From Obrimoposthia wandeli (lineage: Eukaryota): a DNA stretch of 64,000 bases. Below the pieces are notes generated by a model, which had not been told where the DNA came from, ran no database searches, and worked only from the letters and a program-made list of their open reading frames with translations. The DNA is taken from the NCBI GenBank assembly GCA_977020255.1, contig CDROCS010003227.1:62001-126000 (forward strand), read 5' to 3'. Shown one piece after another: positions 38,999-48,377 of the stretch (position 1 is the first letter of the stretch; each line of letters starts with the position of its first letter). The position numbers and the translations under genes were made by a program.

Positions 38999-39129
38999 AA
39001 TATTGTTTATACTAAGACAAAGACATCACATGTCATTACTTGCGAAAAGTTGCAAATAGTTGTAATGTGGTCTAAAAATATATTTTCACTTACTATATAA
39101 GCTAGACAATTTCATCATTCAATTTTGTT

Positions 39130-40131
39130 ATGACTACTAAATTTATTGCACATTATGTTTCAGAAAACGGAGAACTCACCATTAGACGACGGCGTTTTGA
39201 TAATATTTCAAGAATAAATGAAAATATGATATATGAAGAAAGAAGATTAGAATCGTTACAAGCAAAGTTTACTGGTTTAGCCGATAAGAAAGCTTTAGCA
39301 AAAGCAGGATTTTACAAGCACGATGATTCGAAAGATAATGTAAAGTGTATTTACTGTCAGGGAGGAATATCAGGATGGGAGTACTATCTGAAACCAATGA
39401 AACAGCATCAGCTATTTTTCCCAAGATGCCCGTTTGTTTTGAAAATGAATGTTTCAAACGTACCAATAATTGATTCCAGCACCACCCAAATTGATTTTGA
39501 TACAACTCCAATGGATAAAGTAGTTATTGTGCGCAATAATTATTCTAATGATATTGAAATACCTACATTATCGATTTTCGATCATGTATATATTTGGAAT
39601 GATTCTTATCGATGTTGTTTCTGTTGGAAAGCAGTACCCCGACTTGACCTTATTGATACTATGCCCGAAAGAATCTTTCATACTCGAGATTGTAAAGCAT
39701 CTAGTATGGGAATCAAGAACGGATGTATTGTTGAATATCATATTAGTAATGATGAAATTGATGCTCAGATGGAAACTCGTCAAATAGTTTTGCTGAAACG
39801 TGATTACAGTCATGATAGAATCAAAGCCGTTTTAGTTAATAGGTTTAAAACATTCGGTAACAAATATGATTCTATATATGAGTTTATAACGGATTTAAGG
39901 TCTTTAGAAATAAAATCTGAACCAAAACATCGGATAAATTATCTCGAGTACCTCTTACCAAATCCCGAATGTGTTGTTTGCATGAGCGATGCGATTTCCG
40001 TGGCATTTTTACCATGCGGTCACTTAAACACGTGTATTAAATGTTCAGATCGTTTTATTACATGTCCATATTGCAAGACAATTATTATTAGACGAGTAAG
40101 AAATATTAGATTTCATAGCATAGGCAATTAA
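39130..40131 (+). CDS. iap: Inhibitor of apoptosis (BIR + degenerate BIR + RING)
   Basis: BIR: LAKAGFY..DNVKCIYC-x16-H-x6-C with exact spacing. Second BIR-like CCFC..H..C. C-terminal IAP-type RING CVVC-x11-CGH-x3-C-x2-C-x6-CPYC. TACTATATAAGC at 39091. Confidence 0.93.
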   Translation: MTTKFIAHYVSENGELTIRRRRFDNISRINENMIYEERRLESLQAKFTGLADKKALAKAGFYKHDDSKDNVKCIYCQGGISGWEYYLKPMKQHQLFFPRCPFVLKMNVSNVPIIDSSTTQIDFDTTPMDKVVIVRNNYSNDIEIPTLSIFDHVYIWNDSYRCCFCWKAVPRLDLIDTMPERIFHTRDCKASSMGIKNGCIVEYHISNDEIDAQMETRQIVLLKRDYSHDRIKAVLVNRFKTFGNKYDSIYEFITDLRSLEIKSEPKHRINYLEYLLPNPECVVCMSDAISVAFLPCGHLNTCIKCSDRFITCPYCKTIIIRRVRNIRFHSIGN

Positions 40132-40194
40132 GCAAATCTAAAAATAGATGTTCAAATTGTATAAATAGAAGAAATCAGTTTATAATAATCAGAA

Positions 40195-40742
40195 ATGCTA
40201 CTTCACAATATCAAATTAGTGAATATTAATTACAAGGGAATGGTTGTAAGTAACATTCAACACTTACCATTTCGGACTTCGAAGCCTCATCAGTATCGAC
40301 TCAAGTGTGAAGGTTACACTATTATCATTTTCAAATCTGGTAATTTATTTTTACATTTATATATAATTATAATTTAGGTACATGCAGAATAATGGGTTGC
40401 AAAACAGTGCTGGATGAAAGCAGTCTTCCTTTTGATATAAAAATCGAAAGAATCCAATCAATCAGTCTCAGCAGCAATCTAGAAACATCAATAAACCTAA
40501 ACAAGATGAGCAAGAGTATGGGATCAGAAGCTGTTTACGAGCCAGAAATCTTCCCGGGACTTCGATACGTCAAATACAATCCCTTATGCGTGAACATTTT
40601 TGTTAGCGGGAAGATTATGATACTCGGTGTTAAATCTTTAAACTATGAGTATCTGATTGAATGTATTTTGTTTAATATAGATCTTCACACTTGTGTTATT
40701 TATTTCCTAAACCAAATAGTTTTAAAAATAGATTTCTCTTAG
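40195..40742 (+). CDS. Divergent TATA-binding-protein-like protein, two exons (40195-40339, 40378-40742), 169 aa
   Basis: Removing a 38-nt GT-AG intron gives IIIFKSGTCRIMGCK in repeat 1 and VYEPEIFPGLRY..VNIFVSGKIMILGVK in repeat 2, matching the TBP motifs LIFxSGK..TGAK and YEPE.FPGL. Confidence 0.85.
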
Positions 40743-41237
40743 AGACAAAGACATCACATGTCATTACTTGCAAATAGTTGCAAATCGTTGTAATGTTGCA
40801 AAAGTTGTAATGTGGTCTAAAAATAGATTTATCTTAGAGACAAAGACATCACATGTCATTACTTGCAAATAGTTGCAAACGTTGTAATGTTGCAAATAGT
40901 TGTGGTCTAAAAATAGATTTTTCATGGGTTATAAACAATATTTGATTTGCTTTATCATAAAATGGATGAAATTATTGAATGTAAAGAGGTTCAGGATGCA
41001 TTAAAAGATCTTGCTTCAGTTATTCTCAATGCTTTATTAGGAAAAATAATCATGAGTAATATTTATATGTAGTTTATTTAACTCTTTAGGTTACGTCATC
41101 AACTACATTTACATGAGATGTTAAGTACAATGGAAAGGTTGAATAATACTCCAATCAAATCATATGATGAAACTGATGCACCAATGAAATCAAACCTTGT
41201 TTAATATATAAGACTAAATTGACTCGAAATTGATAAA

Positions 41238-42020
41238 ATGGAGAAAATCAATTCAGCACCAGAAGCAACATCATCGCTAGTAACATCATCACTACCAGCA
41301 ATATCATCGCCAACAACATCATCGCCAGCAACATCGCCAGCAACATCATCACCACCAGCAACAACAACAACAGTTATAAGAAGAGAAGAAACTATTGATG
41401 AAGTGACGATAGAAGAAGAAATTATTATAGATCCAATTATTGAAGATGAGAGACGGATAGATTTTTTAAATGCTTTGGCTTTTATGGAACCCACAATAGC
41501 TCATGCTTCGAGTATGGAAATGAACCACTTGACCCATCTTTTTGATAGTTTGTTTAGTGCTAGATTTACTCAACTTAATGTAGAAAAGTTAAACAAAACA
41601 GCGATGAGTGAGATTTTAGTAAATCAATTATATATTGGTAATTATCGAGATGGGTTTGATGAAACTAATCTTTTGAATTCCAATTTCACTCATGTAATCA
41701 ATACATCTATACTTGATAAAATATCTTATAAGAAATTAAAATATACTTCTGTCTTTGTAAACTCAAAATTAGGAGAAACAATAATGAAGTATTATAAACA
41801 GACTAATAATATAATTAAAGAAACTATCGAAAATGGTGGTAAGATTTTAGTATGTGGTCATTATGGTAGTTTACATGCTGCTTGCATTGTTATTGCATTT
41901 TTATCTCATTCGATTGGTGTTACTGCTGCTTCGAATCTTGTTAAAGCTAAACGGACTATTGCTGCTCCTAATGAAGCTATGCTTCATCAAATACGTATTT
42001 TTAATCGTTATCATGTGTAA
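41238..42020 (+). CDS. Ser/Thr/Pro-rich N-terminus plus dual-specificity-phosphatase-like domain, probably catalytically dead
   Basis: MSEILVNQLYIGN, FTHVIN and KRTIAAPNEAMLHQI match the DSP fold; the P-loop reads ILVCGHYGSLHA instead of VHCxxGxSRS. Confidence 0.8.
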   Translation: MEKINSAPEATSSLVTSSLPAISSPTTSSPATSPATSSPPATTTTVIRREETIDEVTIEEEIIIDPIIEDERRIDFLNALAFMEPTIAHASSMEMNHLTHLFDSLFSARFTQLNVEKLNKTAMSEILVNQLYIGNYRDGFDETNLLNSNFTHVINTSILDKISYKKLKYTSVFVNSKLGETIMKYYKQTNNIIKETIENGGKILVCGHYGSLHAACIVIAFLSHSIGVTAASNLVKAKRTIAAPNEAMLHQIRIFNRYHV

Positions 42021-42193
42021 ATTTTATTCGTCTTTATCTTTAATCAGTGTTTTTATTAATCAGTGTCTTTATTAGTCAGTGTCTTTATTAGTCAGTGTTT
42101 TTAGTGTCTTTATTAGTCAGTGTATTTATTAACCAATCAGATTTCAGATGTATAGTATATAATCAGATTACTTTTTACTTCTTCATCATCATT

Positions 42194-42475
42194 ATGTCTA
42201 CTCCAAACTATTTCAAGCAAGATGTTGACAAGGCGGTGAAGAGCTTCATCTCGAAGAATGTCATAGAACCAGATGTCCTGCAACTCATTGATGTCTCAAA
42301 TCTACCCCTGGAGGAGCACGTAAGAAGAATGGTGCACGACAAGGCAGTCAATCTTCTCATTCAGGGATACAATCAGAAGAAACTCGCAAACAAAGAAAAG
42401 AAAAGGAGCTTTTTCTACGAGAAGAGTTTTTTATTGTTTGTTGCTGGATGTTTCGTAATAAAATATTTTAAATAG
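42194..42475 (+). CDS. Small hypothetical protein with a C-terminal hydrophobic anchor
   Basis: MSTPNYFKQ...SFLLFVAGCFVIKYFK; codon style distinct from flanking AT-rich DNA. Confidence 0.55.
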   Translation: MSTPNYFKQDVDKAVKSFISKNVIEPDVLQLIDVSNLPLEEHVRRMVHDKAVNLLIQGYNQKKLANKEKKRSFFYEKSFLLFVAGCFVIKYFK

Positions 42476-42518
42476 TTTTGTCTTATAAACATTATCCCGA
42501 TAATCTAATATTTTTAAT

Positions 42519-43169
42519 ATGAACTTAAAAAATAATTCAGTTTTTCAGATTGTAGGTCCTAGTGGTAGTGGGAAAACACACTTTGTATGTAAATTACTGC
42601 AAAATAATAAATACTTTAGTTTTAAGTTTAATAAAATATACTGGCATCAGGGAGGAGATGGAGAAGCTGGTTTAACCAGTAAAGAGTTTAAGAAAATCAA
42701 AAATATAAAAGTCATTAATGGATTCGATGATAATTGGTCTGAGCGATTACAACGACATGATGTTATTGTTATTGATGATTTATATCAAGAAGCAAATAAA
42801 GAGAGTGATTTCAATAATTTATTCACTAAAATAGCACGACATCGGGAAGTAACTGTTATTTTCATCACACAAAATCTATTTCATCAAGGAGGGAACCATA
42901 GAACTCGTAATTTAAATGTACATTACCTTGTTCTCTTCAAGAATCCACGTGATCAGACGGTTGTTGATTTTGTTTCAAGACAAGCTTACCCGAATAATAG
43001 AAAGTTTTTAATAGATTCATTTCAAGATGCAACTACTATTCCTCATGGATACATTTTTATTGATTTTACTCAAGATTGTCCCGATGACTTTAGAGTTAGA
43101 ACTGATGTATTCAATCCATCGGGAATAACCGTCTATAAACAAACAAAGAAACCAGTTTTGAGAAGATGA
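42519..43169 (+). CDS. A32/FtsK-like DNA packaging ATPase
   Basis: Walker A GPSGSGKT, Walker B VIVIDD, RHREVTVIFITQNLF. Confidence 0.95.
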   Translation: MNLKNNSVFQIVGPSGSGKTHFVCKLLQNNKYFSFKFNKIYWHQGGDGEAGLTSKEFKKIKNIKVINGFDDNWSERLQRHDVIVIDDLYQEANKESDFNNLFTKIARHREVTVIFITQNLFHQGGNHRTRNLNVHYLVLFKNPRDQTVVDFVSRQAYPNNRKFLIDSFQDATTIPHGYIFIDFTQDCPDDFRVRTDVFNPSGITVYKQTKKPVLRR

Positions 43170-43588
43170 ATTTTAAAAAGGAAACTGTTAAACCCGAAGT
43201 TAAAAAATTGATTAAATCAGTTTTAAGTGCAAGGAAAATGGTTGCTCAAAAATCGAAAAGAACTGTTGTTAAGAAATCTAGGAGTATTGCCTATTTCAAT
43301 TCTCTCATGCGTGCACCTGCTATTCGCCGCCCAGCTATTCTTAAATCATTCCCTACTTTTGTAATTGATGATTTACTTAATATGATACAGAAAATAGTTT
43401 CTGGTAAAATAATTGTCAAGGCTAACCTGAATCGGCATAAGAAACCTCTACTTGCTTTGTTTCATGCCAAAACACGAATCGGTAAACGTAAGTTGCTTTA
43501 TAAGAAAAGTGGTGGATTTTTAGGATTTCTCGTACCAATTATTAGCTCAATAGTTGGTGCACTTGCTAGTAGACTAATAAACCGATGA
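43166..43588 (+). CDS. Basic core-like precursor with a C-terminal amphipathic peptide (adenovirus pX-like)
   Basis: Lys/Arg-rich; KKSGG|FLGFLVPIISSIVGALA resembles the GG|(F/I)LP.LIPII motif after an adenain site. Confidence 0.6.
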   Translation: MNFKKETVKPEVKKLIKSVLSARKMVAQKSKRTVVKKSRSIAYFNSLMRAPAIRRPAILKSFPTFVIDDLLNMIQKIVSGKIIVKANLNRHKKPLLALFHAKTRIGKRKLLYKKSGGFLGFLVPIISSIVGALASRLINR

Positions 43589-43685
43589 TTATAAACATAA
43601 ATTCGAATCAATAATATGAATTTATATATGGGATCACTTCCATCTATTCCTAAATTCAATTTAAAAATCAAATCGTCTTGCTGCA

Positions 43686-44713
43686 ATGGAGAAAATATGG
43701 TTCGATCCAAGTCATCCCGTCGGTTACACAGGGGTTTCAAAATTAGCAAAAGAGTCAAAGAAGACAAAGCAGGAAACTCAGGCGTGGTTGAGAAATCAAT
43801 TAGCTTACAGCTTAAACAAACCAATGAGACGTCGGTTTCCAACGAGATCATACAAAACGAGCGGCCCGAATGATTTATGGCAAGCAGATTTGATGGAAAT
43901 GATTCCGTATGCGAGTATTAACGACGGATATCGATATATTTTAACTTGTGTTGATGTCTTTAGCAGATTCGCGCGAGCTATTCCATTAAAGTCCAAGTCT
44001 GGTACTGATGTTTTAACCGCAATGAAGCTTTTGATTAAAGAAATAAAACCAAGAAATTTCCAAACGGATAGTGGAAAGGAGTTTTATAATAAACATGTTG
44101 AAACACTATTGAAAAACATAATATTAATCATTACTCAGTATTTTCCCAATATAAAGCCGCTTTAGTTGAACGTTTTAATCGAACATTGAGAGATCGTTTG
44201 AAAAAGTATTTCACAAAGCAGGGAAATAAGTCCTGGGTTACTGTTTTACCTCAAATAATACATGCATACAATCATAGTGAACACTCATCATTAGACCGAA
44301 AGAGACCCGTTGATGTTACAGATGAGAATGCTATGGAAATTTGGCAACACCGTAACCAAAGTCAAGTTGCGCGGAAACCCAAGTATAAAGTTGGTGATTA
44401 TGTACGTATTTCTCAAATTAGTACTACTCCTTTTATAAAGAATTTCAAAGAGAATTGGAGCGATGAAGTATTTCGTATAACTAAAATTGATAATAAACGT
44501 ATGCCGGTAATGTATTTCATTGAGGATGAAACCAATAATGTAATCACGGGTAAATTTTATCATGAGGAATTACAAGTCTTGCCTGAGAAACCAAATGTAT
44601 ATAGAATCCAAGAAATTTTAGAGACAAAAGGTAGAGGAAAGCATAAACAATATCATGTTAAGTGGCATGGATATACTGAACCTAGTTGGATATTAGCTTC
44701 TCAAATAGAATGA
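43686..44713 (+). pseudogene. int: Retroviral-type DDE integrase with C-terminal chromodomain; one frameshift
   Basis: WQADL, VDVFSRF, QTDSGKEF; restoring one A in the run at 44112-44116 gives KKHNINHYS..VERFNRTL; QYHVKWHGY chromodomain. Confidence 0.93.
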
Positions 44714-45738
44714 ACTCAATGTATGTTGTATTACCAAGTAATGGTTCACCATTAACTCAGCCGAATAATACTGCTAATAGTTTTAGTATTGATTATCAAA
44801 GCTCAATCAATTTACCTGGGCATTGGGAAGCTGCTCTGACGGAATTTTCTTTCAATTACTCTCCTCTATCCATTAAAGGAGGGTCAATTATAGATTATGT
44901 TGTGGAGAAAAGAATAAAAACTGAAGTTGAAGCTGGTGTGAAAATGAAACATGGAGAATTTTTCGTCAAGTATTTAACTCCAATTAATAGTAAATATGTT
45001 ATTTACCTTAGCGGCGAAAATAAAATTTGTATAACTCGCACTACGGGACAAGCTTTCAATTTAGAAATTGATAATAAAAGTTTAGCATTAAGTTACGGTA
45101 TGAAAGAAGCTCCTATTGAAAGTATGTTTTATGAATCGGAATTACCAAATCAAAAATATGATTTACCGACATTAAAGTTAAAGATGCATCATTATCATCA
45201 AGAGGATGTACGTGAGCAGTATGCATTCGAAAATGATTGCTTATTTTCCAATGTTGAAAGTCTTTGTCAATATTTCATGAAAAATATTGATAATATATTT
45301 GAAAGCTTTTATGTTGAAAAGGAGATAATTGAGTTTAAATTGAAACCACATGTAAAAGAAATAAATATGGATAAAAATTTAGCTACAATTATTGGATTCA
45401 ATGAAAACAGTTTTAAAAATCTTAATAAAGTTTTCCGAGCATCTAATCGGGCAAAGCTAAGTAATGCGTATAATCAGATTTATATTTACACAAGTATTAC
45501 TGAACCGATATTTGTGGGTGGAAATAAACTTCCATTAATAAAATCTATTTGGGTTCAACAGGAAAAGCACAAGTATGGAGATATTATACATATCCCAATT
45601 GAAAATCCAATGTATATTCCTGTGAGTTCTTCTTCTATAAACAATATTGAAGTTAACATTCGGGATGATTCAGGAAGATTAATTAAATTTTCATTTGGAG
45701 CTAAAACAAGTTTAACAATACATTTTAGAAAAATATGA
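44710..45738 (+). CDS. Minor capsid protein (penton-like)
   Basis: MYVVLPSN..PNNTANSF..WEAALTE at the N-terminus; IYIYTSITEP..P.YIPV..INNIEVNIRD..TIHFR at the C-terminus. Confidence 0.85.
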   Translation: MNSMYVVLPSNGSPLTQPNNTANSFSIDYQSSINLPGHWEAALTEFSFNYSPLSIKGGSIIDYVVEKRIKTEVEAGVKMKHGEFFVKYLTPINSKYVIYLSGENKICITRTTGQAFNLEIDNKSLALSYGMKEAPIESMFYESELPNQKYDLPTLKLKMHHYHQEDVREQYAFENDCLFSNVESLCQYFMKNIDNIFESFYVEKEIIEFKLKPHVKEINMDKNLATIIGFNENSFKNLNKVFRASNRAKLSNAYNQIYIYTSITEPIFVGGNKLPLIKSIWVQQEKHKYGDIIHIPIENPMYIPVSSSSINNIEVNIRDDSGRLIKFSFGAKTSLTIHFRKI

Positions 45739-46062
45739 TTGATTCAAGTATAATCGATGCGTATAGTAAACCGATGCAAGGAGGTGATTTGCCTTATTTT
45801 GCCGGAAAACAGTATGGATCAGGATGGATGAAGGTTTTTGGTCGCTTTTGCTAATGTTGGATCAAAATACTTGTCTGGTGATGAGAAATTTCTTCCCACA
45901 CTAAAGGATGCAGCCTTGGATCAAGTGAATGAAATTTCACCAAGTCTAGCTGAATTTTTGAAAAAGAAAACTCAAAAGGGAAGTGGTTATAAACGTAAGA
46001 AAACATCTAAAGCATCGGGTATAAACAAACGTTTGAAACTAGGTGGAACAATTTTTAAGTAA
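45735..46062 (+). pseudogene. Small Gly-motif virion protein with a probable 1-nt frameshift near 45845
   Basis: MQGGDLPYFAGKQYGSGW..., continuing in ORF 45838 to QKGSGYKRK..GGTIFK; lies between mCP and MCP. Confidence 0.55.
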
Positions 46063-47291
46063 TGAGTTGTGCTAAAACTGAATTGTGTATATTCGATAAA
46101 CCTATACCTCAGGTTGTGGTTGATAGTGCTAGTTTTGAAGAAATATTTCCGACAAATACGGTTAACGGGACATCTTCTCCGGATTTAGAATTCAATATTA
46201 ATGGATCCAATACTCAATATCTTGATTTGAATGATAGTTTATTTCTCGTTAAATTGAAAGTTACAAAGGAAGGTGGAGGTGATTTGGATGATGGTATGGA
46301 TATCAAATCAGCTAATTACATGTTGCATACTCTTTTCAAGGATGTGATTCTCAGTCTCAATAATGTGAAAGTTGAGGGAAATAATACTAGTTACACCCAT
46401 AAAGCAATGATTGAAACATTGTTGAATTACGGTAATGATACGAAATTGATTAATCTTGATGCAATTGGGTTTGACAATGATGAAAAAAGAAGAATTGCTT
46501 CGATTGCAAAGTCTAAAGTATTGTCACTTTGTGGGAGTCTCCATTTGGATTTCTTTAAGCAACCAAAGTATCTTTTACCCGGTGTAAGTGCACATATTCG
46601 AATGAAGAGAAATCCAGTAGGTTTTAGTGTTGTTTGCGCTGATACTATTAAAACCGCAATTGAGATTACGGAAGCAAAACTGATGGTTCGACGAGTAAAG
46701 GTGGAACCATCTGTACTTGTTGCACATCGAATGGGGTTGGAGAAGCAAAATGCATGTTATCCTATTAGAAAAACTAATCTTGTTTCTCACGCTATCCCTA
46801 CGGGAGCACTATCTTATTACAAGGATCAGATTTTTGGTGATATGCAACTTCCAAACTTTGTTTTAATTGCTTTCCAAAACACGTCTACTTATGGAGGTGA
46901 GTCTAAAAATGAGGTTTCTCAATTTGGACACATGAATGTGAGTTCAATTAAACTTGCACGAAATATTGATTATCAAGAATCTTATACGAATGACTTTGAA
47001 AACGATGATTATGTGTTTTCTTATGTGCAATCTTTAATTAGAAATCTTGGTCATTTGGATAAGGATGCTAATATTGGAATTTCAATGACTGATTTCAAGG
47101 ACAAGTATACACTGTTCACATTTGTTCTCTCTCCTGATTTCGATATTAATCAAGCTCAAATCCCTAAACAGGGAAATTTGAAAGTAGAAATCAAGTTTTC
47201 AAAAGCACTTGAACACCCTACTAATATTATAATCTATGGAGTATTCGATTCTGAGGTTCAAATTACCAAGGGAGGAACAGTACTAGTATAA
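46062..47291 (+). CDS. Major capsid protein (double jelly-roll)
   Basis: MSCAKTELCIF..LEFNING..YLDLNDS and YTLFTFVLSPD..GNLKVEIKFSKAL..IIYGVFD; intact 409 aa. Confidence 0.9.
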   Translation: MSCAKTELCIFDKPIPQVVVDSASFEEIFPTNTVNGTSSPDLEFNINGSNTQYLDLNDSLFLVKLKVTKEGGGDLDDGMDIKSANYMLHTLFKDVILSLNNVKVEGNNTSYTHKAMIETLLNYGNDTKLINLDAIGFDNDEKRRIASIAKSKVLSLCGSLHLDFFKQPKYLLPGVSAHIRMKRNPVGFSVVCADTIKTAIEITEAKLMVRRVKVEPSVLVAHRMGLEKQNACYPIRKTNLVSHAIPTGALSYYKDQIFGDMQLPNFVLIAFQNTSTYGGESKNEVSQFGHMNVSSIKLARNIDYQESYTNDFENDDYVFSYVQSLIRNLGHLDKDANIGISMTDFKDKYTLFTFVLSPDFDINQAQIPKQGNLKVEIKFSKALEHPTNIIIYGVFDSEVQITKGGTVLV

Positions 47292-47322
47292 ACAGAATGA
47301 AAACAATAAAGAAGATATATAA

Positions 47323-47700
47323 ATGAAGTAAGTCAGTTTGAATTTATTAATTAATATATATTCTAGTTCGGACGAGATAACAAAAAGCGGAAGAAAACTA
47401 CTCGGTTCGCGTTTCAATGGAGTCTACAGCCTTGATAACATCCCCTCTTTGACTCGACTAGGTGGATATGTAATCAATACACATTCATCTAATTTGCGTG
47501 GTGAACATTGGATTGCAATACATGTTAAAGAAAATGAAATCTTTGTTTTTGACCCCTTTGGGATATATTACCCTTCTAAATTAGTATCTACAGTACTTTA
47601 TTCTGGAAAGAAAGTACATTTTAGTAAGAAACATTATCAAAATGTTTTAACACAGTCATGTGGACAACTCTGTCTGCTTTGGTTAAAGCATAAACAATAG
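47323..47700 (+). CDS. Adenain-like cysteine protease, two exons (47323-47327, 47367-47700), 112 aa
   Basis: GEHW, FDPFG and Q..TQSCG catalytic motifs; the ATG is supplied by splicing out a 39-nt GTAAGT...TTCTAG intron, giving MNSDEI. Confidence 0.88.
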
Positions 47701-47736
47701 ATATAAACAATATCAAATAAAATTATTGCTATAAAA

Positions 47737-48246
47737 ATGTCTGTTTATTTTATTGATTTTGAAGCTTTTATTGATAATAATACTGAATTTGTAATAAAAG
47801 AACTATGTATAATGGATGTGGATGCAATCTTCTATCCTAAACATTATGTTTTTAAAATGCAACCCATATGGGACATGATGAATAGAAAATCAAGAAAAAT
47901 AAATAGATATCTCATTAAGCATTACCATCGACTAAAACTAGTTGATGGTAATAGTTATTTCAAGATACAAGAAATAACTGAGGAAATAAAACGTTGTTGT
48001 AATGTATCCAAATCAATTTTCTATGTTTTGGATGAAAATAATGGAGCTAAAATAAAGACAATCAATAAATATTTTCCTGAATTTAGAGTGATAAATTACT
48101 CGAAAACATTAAAACAATTAAATCCATCAAATATCAATTGTCCATATATTAAACATGGCGAGCATTGTGCATACAAGAAATGCTTTGCAGCTAGTTTGGA
48201 TTATTTAAATATTAATGAAAATTCAACTACTCACATCTGTCAGTAA
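47737..48246 (+). CDS. DnaQ/DEDD-like exonuclease-fold accessory protein with a C-terminal Cys/His cluster
   Basis: FIDFEAF..FVIKELCI, HY.F, C-terminal CP..HGEHCA..KC. Confidence 0.6.
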   Translation: MSVYFIDFEAFIDNNTEFVIKELCIMDVDAIFYPKHYVFKMQPIWDMMNRKSRKINRYLIKHYHRLKLVDGNSYFKIQEITEEIKRCCNVSKSIFYVLDENNGAKIKTINKYFPEFRVINYSKTLKQLNPSNINCPYIKHGEHCAYKKCFAASLDYLNINENSTTHICQ

Positions 48247-48377
48247 ACTATTCTGTTTTAAATTAATCTGGTTGGTTTAAATAATGAATGAATCTGATTG
48301 GCTTAATACTAGCTCGAAAATAGTATATAAGCAAGCATCAATCAACAAATAATCCCCTATTATAAACGAAATTGAAA

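Noticed and set aside
40962-41204. Small spliced gene between the TBP-like and DSP-like genes
   Set aside because: The apparent 34-nt intron (41056-41089) joins to a frame that stops after about 11 codons; no motif support.
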